Shown here piece after piece: positions 38,594 to 51,899 of a stretch of DNA of 64,000 bases. Origin of the DNA: Octopus sinensis (lineage: Eukaryota); NCBI RefSeq assembly GCF_006345805.1, contig NC_043000.1:5704001-5768000 (forward strand), in the 5' to 3' direction. How positions within the stretch are numbered: position 1 is the stretch's first letter; each line of letters starts with the position of its first letter. The notes under the pieces were generated by a model that did not search any database, was not told where the DNA came from, and saw only the letters and a program-made list of their open reading frames with translations. The translations under genes were made by a program, and so were the position numbers.

Positions 38594-39262
38594 CATACAT
38601 ACATAACATTACATACATACATACATACATACACACATACATACATACATACATACATACATACACAATACATACATACCACATACAATATACATACATA
38701 CATACACATCACACATACAATATACATACATACAGCATTACATACACACATACATACATACATACATACATATATACATACATACATACTACACACATAC
38801 ATACATACATACATACTACATACATACATACATACATACATACATCCATCCATCCATCCATCCATACACACAAACATACATACATACATTATATACATAC
38901 ATACATACATACATACATACATACATACATACATACGTACGTACATCCATCCATCCATCCATACATACATACATACATACATACATACATACATACATAC
39001 ATACATACATACACACACACACTCATACACACGCACATACACACACACATACATACATACATACATACACACACACACATACATACATACACACATACAC
39101 ACATACATACATACATACATACATACATACATACATACATACATACATACATACATACATACATACACACACACATACATACATCCACACATACATACAT
39201 ACATACATACATACATACATACATACATACATACACATACATACATACATACATACATACAT
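38508..39262. repeat. (ATAC)n microsatellite
   Basis: Direct reading. Confidence 0.95.
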
Positions 39263-39834
39263 GTATGATGGTTGTCCGCATGTGACCGAGGATGACCACC
39301 ACTGACGATTTCCCATGCAAAATATCAGCAACGCCTGTGCATAAGCTTATTATACGCGCATTTGGCTTCTCTCGGGTTCTCATCCGCGGTTTCCTATGCT
39401 CGCAGTAGCACCTTTTTATTTAAGTAGACATCAAAAGGTCTCTTTACCGGAAATTGCGTAACCTAAAATTTAAGGTCCAATAAGGCTTGCACAACACCTC
39501 CCCGACCCTCTCCACCCTATTACCAAAATCCAGGGAGAAATCAGAGCAATATATCTTGTGCCACTATGGCCGCAGGCTCAAGGATGAAATCGCCATGCCC
39601 TCAAGGGCAAGCAAAATATCGCCAAAATGCCCAGTGTTATTCTCTGCATATCTGGCTTTATATTGCTAGGCTTGCCTGATGTGGAAGGTTGTAAGAAACA
39701 CAACAGGACTAAATAAAAACTGCCAAAAGGATGAATGGACCTAGTGTAGGTTCAACGACTATCTAACCATAGCATGGGATCTCAAAAATTCTGGGTTAGT
39801 GCCTGCTGTGCTGAAAGAGCACTGGGAGTGAGAC

Positions 39835-40862
39835 ACCCATCAGTTTTTGTCAAACACATATTTGCCATGCAGAGGTTTTTGTTCCTACCTATCAGCCAAT
39901 TGTTCAAGTGCATTTTGCTTTGCTATTGATTTCACCTTCTTTGCAACTACAGTTGCTGCATTTCCCTTATGCTGTTCAATCTGGGTATTATGCATAAACT
40001 CACTTGAAAATGTTTACCCTCCTTCGTAACGGAGTGAATCTTCTTACACCTTCCGTGGTTTTCAACGAGGTTTAGCATCCAGTCGTTAGCTGCTTCAAGG
40101 TATTTTGCCAGTCCAATTGTGGTGGTTTTGTAGGAGATTTCAAACTGGATCAAGCCTCGACCTCCTTGAGCTCTGATTAGGTAAAGACGATCTGCGTCTG
40201 CCTTTGGGTGGGGCATCTTATTGCAAGTCAGCAGCTTACGGATTTTCCTGTCAATCTTCCTTATTTCGCTCATATTCCAGTTCAACACATTGAAACTGTA
40301 AATAACAACCAGAACTGCTAAGGAATTTATAGCTAACACCTTGCTATGTGCATTTAACTTGGATTTTAGGACTGCTTGAACTCGCCTGTGACACTCCTTC
40401 CTGATCTTCTCTTTCATACTTGCATGTTGAATGCCAGAACCCTCATTTATTCCAAGGTATTTGTAAGTTTGTTCCTGCTTCAATTCTTTTATGACTGCGT
40501 CAACATCCAACACCACTGAATGTGAGGTCTTCGGTCTCCCTTCCTGGAAAGTGGCCTTGGCACATTTATCAAGACCAAATTCCATCCCAATGTCATCACT
40601 GAATGCTTTCACAGTACATAGTAGTTCTTCAAGTTCATTAGCGTCTTTGCTATAAAGTTTTAAGTCATCCATATAAAATAGATGACTTATTTTCTAGCTG
40701 CCAATTTTATATCCATACCCTGTTCTGTTGAGTTCACTTGTAAGGGGTATTAGGGCTATACAGAAAATTAAAGGTAGAAGTGAGTCACCTTGGAAAATGA
40801 CACAGTTGATATTAATATTTTTTGTGGTCAGTACTCCATTAGGGTAGTATAATTGGAGATTG
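39835..40862 (-). pseudogene. R4/Dong-like LINE RT fragment
   Basis: IFQGDSL.PL.FC, HLFYMDDLKLY, MEFGLDKCA, YKYLG, HPKADADRLYL.R..GGRGL, PLHGKY. Confidence 0.92.
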
Positions 40863-41300
40863 GTTTAGCGGTATTTCGTCTGTCTTTACGTTCTGAATTC
40901 AAATTCCGGTGAGGTCGACTTTGCCTTTCATCCTTTCTGGGACGATAAATTAAGTACCAGCTGCGTACTAGGGTCAATCTAATCGACTGGTCCCCTCCCA
41001 CAAAATTTTAGGCCTTGTGCCATTAGTAGAAAGGATTATTATTATTAGTAGTAGTAGTAGTAGTAGGGTGGTGAGCTGGCAGAATCGTTACCGCGCCGGG
41101 CAAAATGTTTAGCGGCATTTTGTCAGTCTTCAAGTTCTGAGTTCAAATTCCGCCGAAGTCGACTTTACCTTTCATCTTTCCGGGGTCGATAAATTAAGTA
41201 CCAGTGAAACACTGAGGTCGGTGTAATTGACTTAATCCCCTTCCCCCAAGCTGCCCTTGTGGTGAAAATTTGAAATCATTATTGTTGTTGTTGTTGTTGT
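40863..41300 (+). mobile_element. Two tandem SINE A variants with different tails
   Basis: 40863-41046 ends GAAAGGATTATT; 41066-41285 ends TTTGAAATCATTATT. Confidence 0.85.
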
Positions 41301-41737
41301 TGTTGTTATACCAATCATATATTTAGTGTCTACAGAGTTGAACCCGTGCTTGTTTATAATATATTTATCTTCAATACTTCATTTTTTACAAATCTTATTT
41401 GTATCATTATCCTTGCTATTACTTATTACTTAGCTTACTTAAATAAGATTGGTGGATGTATTTATTTTTTCATTCTTGTTACAGTCGCTATCAAGTTTCA
41501 TCATTTTTAATATTCTATCATTTCCGGGAACTTTATTAGTATTTTGATTCTGGTTATAGTAAAAAAAATGTAGTTATACTCATCTTCAACTAATGTTTCG
41601 TTATATTAATTTGTCTGGTATTTTATACCTTTTTAAGTACCAAAATATGGTGGCACAAGAGAGACGATCGTCGGTAATGTACGTATAAGCACCAATTAAG
41701 GATGATACTTTCTCCATTCTTATTTTTGTTATATATA

Positions 41738-41797
<60 letters not shown>

Positions 41798-41975
41798 GTA
41801 TATATATATATATATATATGTATGTATATATATATGTATATATGTATATATATATTTTTATATATATATATTATATATATACATATACGTATATATGTAT
41901 GTATATATATATGTATATATATATATAATATATATATATATATATAATATATATATATATTATATATATATATAC

Positions 41976-42085
<110 letters not shown>

Positions 42086-42119
42086 TGTATGTATGTGTGT
42101 GTGTATGTGTATGTGTGCA

Positions 42120-42320
42120 TTTGTTTTTGTAACCTACAAGCGTTTGACAACCGGTGTTTGTTTGTTTACGTCTCTGCAACTTGCCGGTTCGGCAAAAGAG
42201 ACCAAAGAATAAGTACCAGGCTTGCAAAATTAGTACTGATATCGATTCGTTCGACTAAACCTTTGAAGGCGGTGCCCCAGCATGGCCGCAGTCGAATGAG
42301 GGAAACGAGTAAAAGACAAA
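42120..42320 (+). mobile_element. SINE B 3' part
   Basis: TTGACAACCG...GGTTCGGCAAAAGAGACC...GGCGGTGCCCCAGCATGGCCGCAGTC. Confidence 0.8.
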
Positions 42321-42711
42321 CGATAGAAGAAACAAGACTGCGTTGCCAATGGCGTTCCTCTTTTCTTCAAGACTATAAAATGTGATTTTCAAGAAACTTA
42401 GCTACTATTTCTAGCAGATCAAGATAGTATGTAGCGGTTCTCTCAATAGTTCACATCAAATTTTATACAATAGGAATTGAACTTGGAGGTGATTTGGTTG
42501 CTATTTCTCGCATGCCAAAAGACCGTATCAAGGTTCTCTCGATAATTTGTGCTGGCAGTTTTTTGTGTTGTTTTCACATCGGGTATGACTTTGAGGGAAA
42601 CTTGGCTGTTGCTTCTTGCAAAAATGAAACGTCGCGTAGGTCGAGACGTCCACGCTGAGTAGAAAGTTTACTAAGTTATTTCATTAGTATGTCTGTATAG
42701 AAAATTGACAC

Positions 42712-43137
42712 TCGGTCGGTTACGACGACGAAGGGTCCAGTTGCTGATTCAATCAGCGGAACAGCCTGCTCATGAAACTAACGTGCAAGTGGCTGAGCAC
42801 TCCACAGACACGCGTACTTTTAAGTAGTTCTCAGGGCGATTCAGCGTGACACAGAATGTGACAAGGCAGACTCTTTGAAATACAGGCACTACTCACTTTT
42901 GCCACCTGGGCGGCCTGGATCGACGTGAAATAAACTGTCATTCTCAAGGAGCACAAAGTACGACGGGAATCGAACTCACAGCCTTATGATTGGGAGTCGG
43001 ATACCGTTACCACTAAGCCACGAGTGGCCTGGATCAACGGGAAATAAACTGTCATGCTGAAGGTGCACAATGCACCGACGGGAATCGAACTCACAGCCTT
43101 ATGATTGGGAGTCGGATACCGTTACCACTAAGCCACA
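42712..43137 (-). mobile_element. SINE E with duplicated tRNA head
   Basis: ~112-bp head present at 42912-43021 and 43026-43136. Confidence 0.85.
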
Positions 43138-43512
43138 CGTCTATATAGAACAAGAGGCGAAATTTCCTAAAGAGCATTTCTTTTTATGTTTTGTGTGTCG
43201 AAAATGAGATCATGAAGAAGAAATTTGCCGCTAGGAAAATAGTCATGATTTCGTTTTTGCTTCTTTTCACACTAAAATTGTTAAAATGTTAAGATATTTG
43301 TAGAAAAAAAATTTGCCAAAGAAATCGTTTTAGTTTCAGCAAGAGAAATGATTCATTTGTTATGTTTTCTATATTTTTATTGTTATTTTAGACTTGTTTG
43401 TTTTACTCTTTTCTAATTTTTAATTAATCATCAAATTCTTTGTTTTTAAGATTTTTGTTTTGCTTTGCATTTCTTTTTCTTTTGCTGGAGGGTCTGGTCT
43501 GGTTTGAAATAT

Positions 43513-43543
<31 letters not shown>

Positions 43544-43593
43544 ATATATATATATAATATATATATATATAAAGATATATGTATATATGTATT

Positions 43594-43635
<42 letters not shown>

Positions 43636-43694
43636 CGTGTGTGCGTGTGTGTGTGTAGATATAGATATAGATATATACATATATATACATATAT

Positions 43695-43763
<69 letters not shown>

Positions 43764-43772
43764 ATAAAGAAT

Positions 43773-43858
<86 letters not shown>

Positions 43859-44303
43859 TCCATTATGTCCAATAGAAGAAATAAATTAAAATACCTATCT
43901 ATAAATCATACATAATGTAAATACATCGTTGAAAGACTTTACTACGGCATTAGTCCAGAGATAACATCTCCTATGGACCTACCTACTTCGTCAAAAAGCA
44001 ATATATATCGGAAGGAGACAATAATCGTCCCAGCAGCGCCTCACAAGAACGCCAAATTCATTTCAGCCTCGTTGGGCCTCATCTTCCTGAAAAGAAGAGG
44101 CAAGTTTCTAACATAGATAAAATGTACTATTTTTGCAGTGTAGATAACAAAGCCAATGCTCTATGCTGAACTTGAAAAAAAAAACCTTCTGCTTACAGAT
44201 TTTATTTGTTATAAGAGTGCTGGTTGATTTCTTGTTCCTGGAAGCCATTGTTTTTCCCTGGTGTCACTTAAGCATTTACAAACGAAAGCAAGTACGCCTA
44301 TTG

Positions 44304-44687
44304 TGGAAGCACTCCGTCGGTTACGACGACGAGGGTTCCGGTTGATCCGATCAACGGAACAGCCTGCTCGTGAAATTAACGTGTAAGTGGCTGAGCACTC
44401 CACAGACACGTGTACCCTTAACGCAGTTCTCGGGGATATTCAGCGTGACACAGAGAGTGACAAGGCCGGCCCTTTGAAATACAGGTACAACAGAAACAGG
44501 AAGTAAGAGTGAGAGAAAGTTGTGGTGAAAGAGTACAGCAGGGATCACCACCATCCCCTGCCGGAGCCTCGTGGAGCTTTAGGTGTTTTCGCTCAATAAA
44601 CACTCACAACGCCCGTTCTGGGAATCGAAACCGCGGTCCTACGACCGCGAGTCCGCTGCCCTAACCACTGGGCCATTGCGCCTCCAC
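44304..44687 (-). mobile_element. SINE C, full length
   Basis: Minus: GGAGGCGCAATGGCCCAGTGGTTAGGGCAGCGG...GGTTTCGATTCCC; TSD TAYGCCTATT. Confidence 0.92.
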
Positions 44688-44699
44688 TATGCCTATTAT

Positions 44700-46060
44700 T
44701 ATTGGCATAAATGTGAATTTATAATCTGAGGATAGAATATGAAGTTTTCGGAGCAGCTGTCTATTCCCTTCCTCTTTCGTTTCGAAAAGATATTTACATT
44801 AGAAGGTAGTTAATATCGTATGTCAATCTGGCCTTCCATAGTTCTTTTGAGTATGCAGTAAGGTGTCGCATCTTGTTGATGTTTTCTTTACTCGTGTTAA
44901 AATGGTTTGTTGTTCAACTATTTTCTGTAAAACGTCCGCCTCTTCTACCAGTATCCAACTATTAGATTTCTTCCAAGTTCCTTCCTATTATGCAGTTTAC
45001 CTACCGCTCTGGTGACAGTTTCAGGATCAACTGTGGATCTTTTGCTGTCGATGTATTCTTTCTTAACTGAATTTAGCTACGTAGAAATCTATCTTTTCAT
45101 GCAAGATCTTAAGTCAGAAAGCTACAAGATTTTCTATTGCCGAATCGCTAAGCTAAGTGGATGTAAACACACCAACATCGGTTGTCAAGCAATGGTGGGG
45201 GACAAACATAGACACACAAACATACACACACACACACACACGTATATATATATATATATATATATATACGACGGGCTTCTTTCAGTTTCCGTCTACCAAA
45301 TCCACTCACAAGGCATTGGTCGGCCCGAGGCTATAGCAAAAGACACTTGCCCAAGGTGCCACGCAGTGGGACTGAACCCAGAACCATGTACGATAAATAA
45401 GTTTTTCACTCAGCATCGTCAGTTCATGCTTTAAAGTGATTAGTTTTCCCTCAAGACCTTGGCTTGAAGAGTCACCGCAGAGTTTTGTTATTTTTTGCTC
45501 AAGATGTAATTTGGTGAGTTGTGAACTCATTATTTCTCCTCAAATTTTATTTTCGTTGTTTTCCAATAAAGAATCGCAGATTGTTGATGTTTTCTTCAAG
45601 TTTTGTTTTCCGTATTGGTTTTTCTATTCAGTAATTTCATTAGCACGTGTATTGCCGGTTTCTCCTTGATGGTCTTTAACAGTGATATAGCAGTTGTGAA
45701 CATGAAGGTGTCACTTGTCCAATAATTAACATCTGATGATTCCATGTGTTCTCGAGCATCATCGTTGATAACTTTTAGTATGAGAGCAATTAGTCTTTTT
45801 GTTCTCTCTTTATTCTGGTTAAAAATGGATTGTCGCTCAACGACAGCTTACAAAACCTGCAAAGGTTTTTTCTCAAAGTGTTGTTTTCGAAATATTCTTA
45901 AGTTGAATAGATTCCACAGTCGCCTCTATCGAATCGCCTATAAGAGGAGATATATAAAAGATTAGTGACAACGGCAACAGTTTGTTTACATTATTTTCTA
46001 TTTTTCTTATGGCAAATTTTCGCCGGTTCACAGGGATTTTGAGAAGATCGGTTCGCATCA
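44700..46060 (-). pseudogene. Heavily decayed R4/Dong-like LINE fragment (pre-RT region) with a SINE B insert at 45138-45390
   Basis: VTRAVGKLHNRKELGRNLIVGYW*K resembles the NWKAPG.D...GYW.K motif seen at about 53020-53070. Confidence 0.5.
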
Positions 46061-46971
46061 CGTGAGTTGTTATAGGAAATATTACTTGTGATAGACATTA
46101 TTTACAATATGAGAAAGAACCTGAGCCACTAAAAATGAGATAGAAAGGACTCTGGAAAAGATTTTTCAAAAACGGGAAAGCACTAGGTTTTGAACTGATC
46201 AAGGCTGCAGGAGAGAGTGCCATAACAACTCTCCACAACCTTTGCTATAAGATCTGAAAAGAAGAGGAGTAGCCGTCACTTTGGTGCACAGCTGAATATG
46301 TACTCATACACAAGTAGGGACACCTACTTATATATGAAAATTATGGAACAATCGCTCTGATGAAACATGCAAATAAAGTATGTTTGATCCTCATCCTACA
46401 ATGTTTGAAACTATTCCTCGAACGATAAATAGCAAAAGAATAGGTTGGCTTTAGAAGTAGACGTGGCACAAGAGATCAGCTGTACAATCTCCACGCAATT
46501 TTACAAAAGAAAAACGAGAGCACAACCTTACAACTTTCCTTTGCAACATTGACTACAGAAAAACCTTTGACTGTGCAAACTATAGCCACATGTGGCACAT
46601 CTCGGTATTCCGAGATGACTCCTCATTAGGCTCATCAAGCAGTTTTACATTCAGCAAGAGTTCTGCATTCGAGGAAGTAATGAGAGCACAAAGAAGTTCA
46701 AAAATGGGGAAGGAATTCATCAGGGATGTATTCTTTCTCCAAGCTTGTTCTACACTGAGTGGATAATGCGAGAAGCAATACAGTAAAAAGATGGCATCAA
46801 TATACATGGCTTGCATACTTCTAATTTAAGGTACGAATATGATACTGCTCTACTTGCTAAAACTGAAGCCGGACTACAAGGAATGATAAATATAGTCGAG
46901 AATGTATCAAATACGCAGTCTTTATCTCAACCATAAGAAAACAAAAGTAGTAGGAAAAGAGAAATTAAATA

Positions 46972-47412
46972 CTCTTTTCTCCTCTAGGCACAAGGTCCGA
47001 AATTTTGTGGGTGGGGCTAGCCGATTAGGTCGACCTTAGTAAGCAACTTGTACTTAATTCATCAACCCCGAAAGGATGAAAGGCAAAGTCGACCTCGGCG
47101 GAATTTGAACTCAGAACGTAGCAGCAGACGAAATACCGCTAAGCTTTTCGCCCGGCGTGCTGAGAGAGAAATTAAATATCTATTTCTTTATTGTCTACAG
47201 GGAGCCTAAACATAGAGGAGACTAACAAAGACATATAAAGGGATTAAGTCTATTATATCGACCCCAGTACGTATCTAGTATTTATTAATTGACCCCCAAA
47301 GGATGAAAGACAAAGTCGACCTCTGCGGAATTTGAACTCATAATGTAAATAAGACGAAATACCGCTAAGCATTTTGCCCGGTGTGCTAACAATTCTGCCA
47401 GCTCGCCGCCCT
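46972..47412 (-). mobile_element. Two SINE A elements inserted at the same site
   Basis: AGAGAAATTARATA at 46958, 47165 and 47413. Confidence 0.88.
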
Positions 47413-47809
47413 AGAGAAATTAGATATTAACATGAAACTTGGCTTTGAGAGACTTGAACATGCTGAATTATACAAGTATCTTGGAGCCCAAATCTCTGAT
47501 GAAGCCACGTGCAAAAAACAAATTAGGATGCGGCTAGTCATGGCAAGAAAATCCATAGAAAAACTTTATAACATCTGAACGAACAAAGTCTTCCAACTTA
47601 GCTAAAAGCAAGGCTCGTGCGAACGCTCATTCGGCCAATAGGCATTTATGGTTGCGAAAGAACATAATCTATGCGTTTGGAATGTCGGTGTATAGAAGAA
47701 TGTTACGAGTCTCTTTCAAGGATCATCGGACAAATGAATTGATATTACAAGTTGGTGAAAAACAATTCCTGAACATTGTGAAAAAACAAAAGCTTATCTG
47801 TTATTGCTA

Positions 47810-48224
47810 GGTTGGTGCGTTGGTGTAATGGCAGCACACATGGTCACGTAAATAAATAGGTATGAGTTCGAGTCCTACGGGTACGGGAAAACCTACATTT
47901 TGGCTCAGTGGTTAGAGCGTCGAACTTACGACCGTCAGGTTGTGAGTTTGAATGCCGGACCGGGCTGCGTGTTGTGTTCTTGAGCAAGGCACTTTATTTC
48001 ACGTTGCTCCAGTTCACTCAGCTGTAATGAGTTGAGACGTCACTGGTGCCAAGCTGTATCGGCCTTTGCCTTTCCCTTGGATAACATTGGTGGCGTGGAG
48101 GAGGGAGGCTGGTATGTATGGGCGACTGCTGGTCTTCCATAAATAACTTTGCCCGGACTTGTGCCTCGGAGGGTAACTTTCTTGGTGCAATCTCATAGTC
48201 ATTCGTGACTGAAGGGGGTCTCCG
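47810..48224 (+). mobile_element. Chimeric insert: extra tRNA-like head plus SINE D, 14-bp TSD
   Basis: ATCTGTTATKGCTA at 47796-47809 and 48225-48238. Confidence 0.8.
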
Positions 48225-48934
48225 ATCTGTTATGGCTATATTCAAAGAAACAGTGTTTTGGAAAACTTTACCTTGGAAGGAAGAGTTGAGGGCAGTAGAT
48301 CTAGAAGCAGGCTAAGCACACATGGATGGACAATATCAAGAGCTGGTTGTACAATAGTGGCAAGGTAGTTGGAGAACTCGTACTTAATCTGGAAAACTTT
48401 TGTTGTGGTGTCATCGATGCGCTGCAGGCGTACGATACATGACTACGACAATGGAAATTATTTCTTTTTATTTCTTGTTGCGGACGTTGTTTTTCTGTAA
48501 GAAAATTTAAGTGCGAGTCAACTTCGTACCAAACTTCTATCGCTTCGTATAACCGATAAAAGGAATCACGAGTTCTTTCATAGCACTGAAGAAGATCTTG
48601 ATTGAAATGTGAAAACCTTGTGAAGTGAGAAGGGTACTTAGGTCATCTTAAATAAATTCCAGCTATCACAATACTGCATGTGTTGGTATCGTTGTAGGTG
48701 TTCTCAATATTAGCCGCGATCGTACGAGCGAGATTCCATGTGGCATAAGATATATTTTTAATCCGGTCTGAACAACGCTATATTGGAAAGAAAAAGGTAT
48801 TTCTCTCATTTAAAACAGATGAAATAAACCAGTTATTGATTTAGGCTGGGAGAGTCGGCATAATTGTAGGAGACGTTGAAAAGAACATTTTAAACGGTCC
48901 TCTACACCTGCACGTCTAATTCTAAGGCGCGCAT

Positions 48935-48980
48935 GTTACATATATGCATGTATAGATATGTAAATGCATATATATATATA

Positions 48981-49025
<45 letters not shown>

Positions 49026-49049
49026 TGTGTGTGTGATGTGTGTATATGT

Positions 49050-49080
<31 letters not shown>

Positions 49081-49775
49081 CATACACACACACGCCACAC
49101 ACACACACATGTATATGTATGTATGTATGTATGTACGTACATACGTATGTGTGTATATGTATATACATACATATATATATATACATACACACACAAGCAC
49201 ACACACACATGTATGCATGCATGTATGTATGTATGTATGTATGTATGTATGTATGTATGTATGTATGCATGCATGCATGCATGTATGTATGGATGGATGG
49301 ATGGATGGATGGATGGATGCATGCATGCATGCATGTATGCATGCATGTATGTATATATGTATGCATGTATGTATGTATGTATGTATGTATGTCTGCATGT
49401 ATGTATGGATGGATGGATGGATGCATATTTGAACGCTGAAAATGTCTAATGCACGCTATCATCTTCCAGGATATTGGACTGAAAACAATGTTTTATTTAT
49501 TCTTAGCACGCACACACACACACATACACACACGCACGCACACACACACACACATACACATACGCACACATACACTCATACATACATACATACATACATA
49601 CATACATACATACATACATACATACATACATACACACTTACATTTATACATACATACATACGTACAAACATACATACATATACGCATACATACATACATA
49701 CATATATACACACACATGCATGCATACATACATACATACATACATACATACATACATACATACATACATACATAC
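48935..49775. repeat. Compound (TA)/(GTAT)/(GGAT)/(ATAC) microsatellites
   Basis: Direct reading. Confidence 0.95.
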
Positions 49776-50069
49776 TGGAAAATAATTAATGGCTTTAAGA
49801 CGGGCGCAAAACAAGTTTTCCTCAATCAATTACGTTTTTTAATACAGTCTATGCTTAATGTGTTGATACTGTTATCATTGTCATTGTTGTAATTATTGTT
49901 GTGATCGTCTTTGTTATTGATGTTTTTGAAAAGAAAAGTGCACTACGTGACCATTAGGTGGTGATACGTAAGTGACGAGACAGAAGCTTTCCTTAGTAAC
50001 TCGACTTGCTAAAATTTATAATGAAACCTCCTTTTTTCAAACTCAGCAACTTATCGCTTTCTTAGCTAA

Positions 50070-50250
50070 AATGCTTAGCGGTGTTTCTTCCATCGCTTTT
50101 CATTCTGAGTTCAAATGCCGCCAAGGTTGACTTTGCCTTTCATCCATTTTGGGAGTCGATAAATTAAGTACCAGTCAAGTACTGGGGTCAATGTAATCAA
50201 CTATCCCCTTCCCCTCAAATTCCAGGCTTCGTGTCTGTAGTAGAAAGGAC
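50070..50250 (+). mobile_element. SINE A variant
   Basis: ATGCTTAGCGG...GACTTTGCCTTTCATCC...TAGTAGAAAGGA. Confidence 0.8.
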
Positions 50251-50603
50251 GTGCAGATGTAGAGGACCGTTTAAAATGTCTTTTTCAACGGCGCTTTTAA
50301 GGTGTCACTCAAAGCTGCTAAAAAGAGCAGCCAAATTTCCTTCAAATTACACTTCCAACTTAATGGATATTGAACCCAACTTCTTGGGGAAAATATAGAA
50401 AATACGATGTGAATATTTACGGCTGAAATACTTTTAATCACCGGAGGACTTGAGACTAAAAAACATTTCCACTACAATTAATTTGCCACCATTTTGTTGA
50501 CATGGTAACTAAAGTGGGTTAGTCTGAATCTGCAAACAAAGCAACTAAATATGTTACATTCCTTTGCTGGTTCACGCCAACTGTAGTGGAGAAATATTCA
50601 TTC

Positions 50604-50670
50604 TTCCCTATCAAAGAATCGAACCCTGATTTCGCATGTAACAGCTAGAGATTATTACCATAAATATGGA
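50604..50670 (-). pseudogene. Decayed tRNA-Asp-derived sequence
   Basis: Minus: TGGTAATAATCTCTAGCTGTTACATGCGAAATCAGGGTTCGATTCTTTGATAGGGA is colinear with eukaryotic tRNA-Asp(GTC); differences are mostly C>T and G>A. Confidence 0.6.
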
Positions 50671-51344
50671 TGCTGTGTTGCTTCAGTGCATTCGCAGATA
50701 CACTGAAGATTGAAAATCTAAAAACATTTATTATTTCAGTTGTCTTATCTCCTGATCATCAACAATATCGCCTTGTCTTTTATCGTGCGTGCTTGCAAGC
50801 AAATGGCGAAACAGCCTGAGCATGAAAGAGCCAGAAGGAAGATGAGGAAGAGGAGGGGGAGGATGAAGAGGAAGAAGAATGAGAAAGAGGAGGTCATTTC
50901 TTTTATGATGAAATCAGAAACGTTAAGGTTGGGGAAAGGTAGCATAAAAAAATTACAGTTTTGACAGGGTAAAGAGTTACACGAAAAAACTGTCACGTTT
51001 TATTTAAATAGCATAAATAATAGTGAAAGTAATTAAACAAATAATATTTTAAGTAGCTTATTAACTCAAAATATATGTCTTGTACGCAATGACAGCACAG
51101 TTTCATAATGGCGGCTTTACACATATTATGACGAAAATTGCGTTTTGTATTGAATATCTTAAGTAAAACAACGAAACTAGACAAAACAAAAGGAATTTAC
51201 TGCAGTTTTCCTGTTATTTTCTTCCGTGACATTTTTCCTACGATTCTTCTTGTAGCTTTTTGTTTGTTTTTTTTTTTTGAAATTCTGAAATTCTTGCATT
51301 TTGCCCGGCGTGCTAACAATTCTGCCTTACAATAATAATAATAA

Positions 51345-51752
51345 ACTTTTTCCTTTCTACTATAAGTACAAGGCCTGAAATTTGTGGAAAGGAATTAAGT
51401 CGATTACATAGAACCCTGTACTGAACGGGAACTTATTTTATCGATCCGGAAACGATGAAAGGCAAAGTCGACCTCAACTGAATTTGAACTCAGAACGTGA
51501 ACATGCACGGAATACCTATTTCTATTTCTCTACTACCCAAGGGGCTAAACATAGAGGAGAAAAACAAGGACAGACACACGGATTAAGTCGATTACATCGA
51601 CCCCAGTGCGTAACTGGTACATATTTAATCGACTCCGAAAGGATGAAAGGCAAAGTCGACCTCGGCGGAATTTGAACTCAGAACGTAGCGACAGACGAAA
51701 CACTGCTAAGCATTTCGCCCGGCGTGTTAACGATTCTACCAGCTTGCCGCCT
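51345..51752 (-). mobile_element. SINE A joined to the head-less body of an older A variant
   Basis: Junction AATACCTATTTC at 51511-51522. Confidence 0.85.
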
Positions 51753-51825
<73 letters not shown>

Positions 51826-51899
51826 CCTTTCGACTAAAAACACAAGGCCTCAAATTTAGAGGAAGGAATTAAGTCGATGCGTAACTGGTACTTGTCGTT

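Larger units (their letters stand above)
46075..48455 (+). pseudogene. RTE-clade LINE RT and 3' region, decayed, with SINE inserts
   Basis: EPEPL...ELIKAAGE...LC.KIWK..WP..W, NY.TIAL..HA.K, GFRS.RGTRDQL, QGCILS, NLRY..DTALLA, YKYLG, LEGRVEG.R.R. Confidence 0.85.

Noticed and set aside
43935-44000. Hairpin GTCCAGAGAT/ATCTCCTATGGAC with a TTGACGA-like core on the minus strand
   Set aside because: No GAAA and the spacing is wrong.
44610-44687. SINE heads as functional tRNA genes
   Set aside because: They continue directly into SINE bodies with TSDs and I could not form a proper cloverleaf.
50740-50964. 74-aa basic ORF (RRKMRKRRGR)
   Set aside because: It arises from a GAR purine-rich tract; there is no support as a standalone gene.
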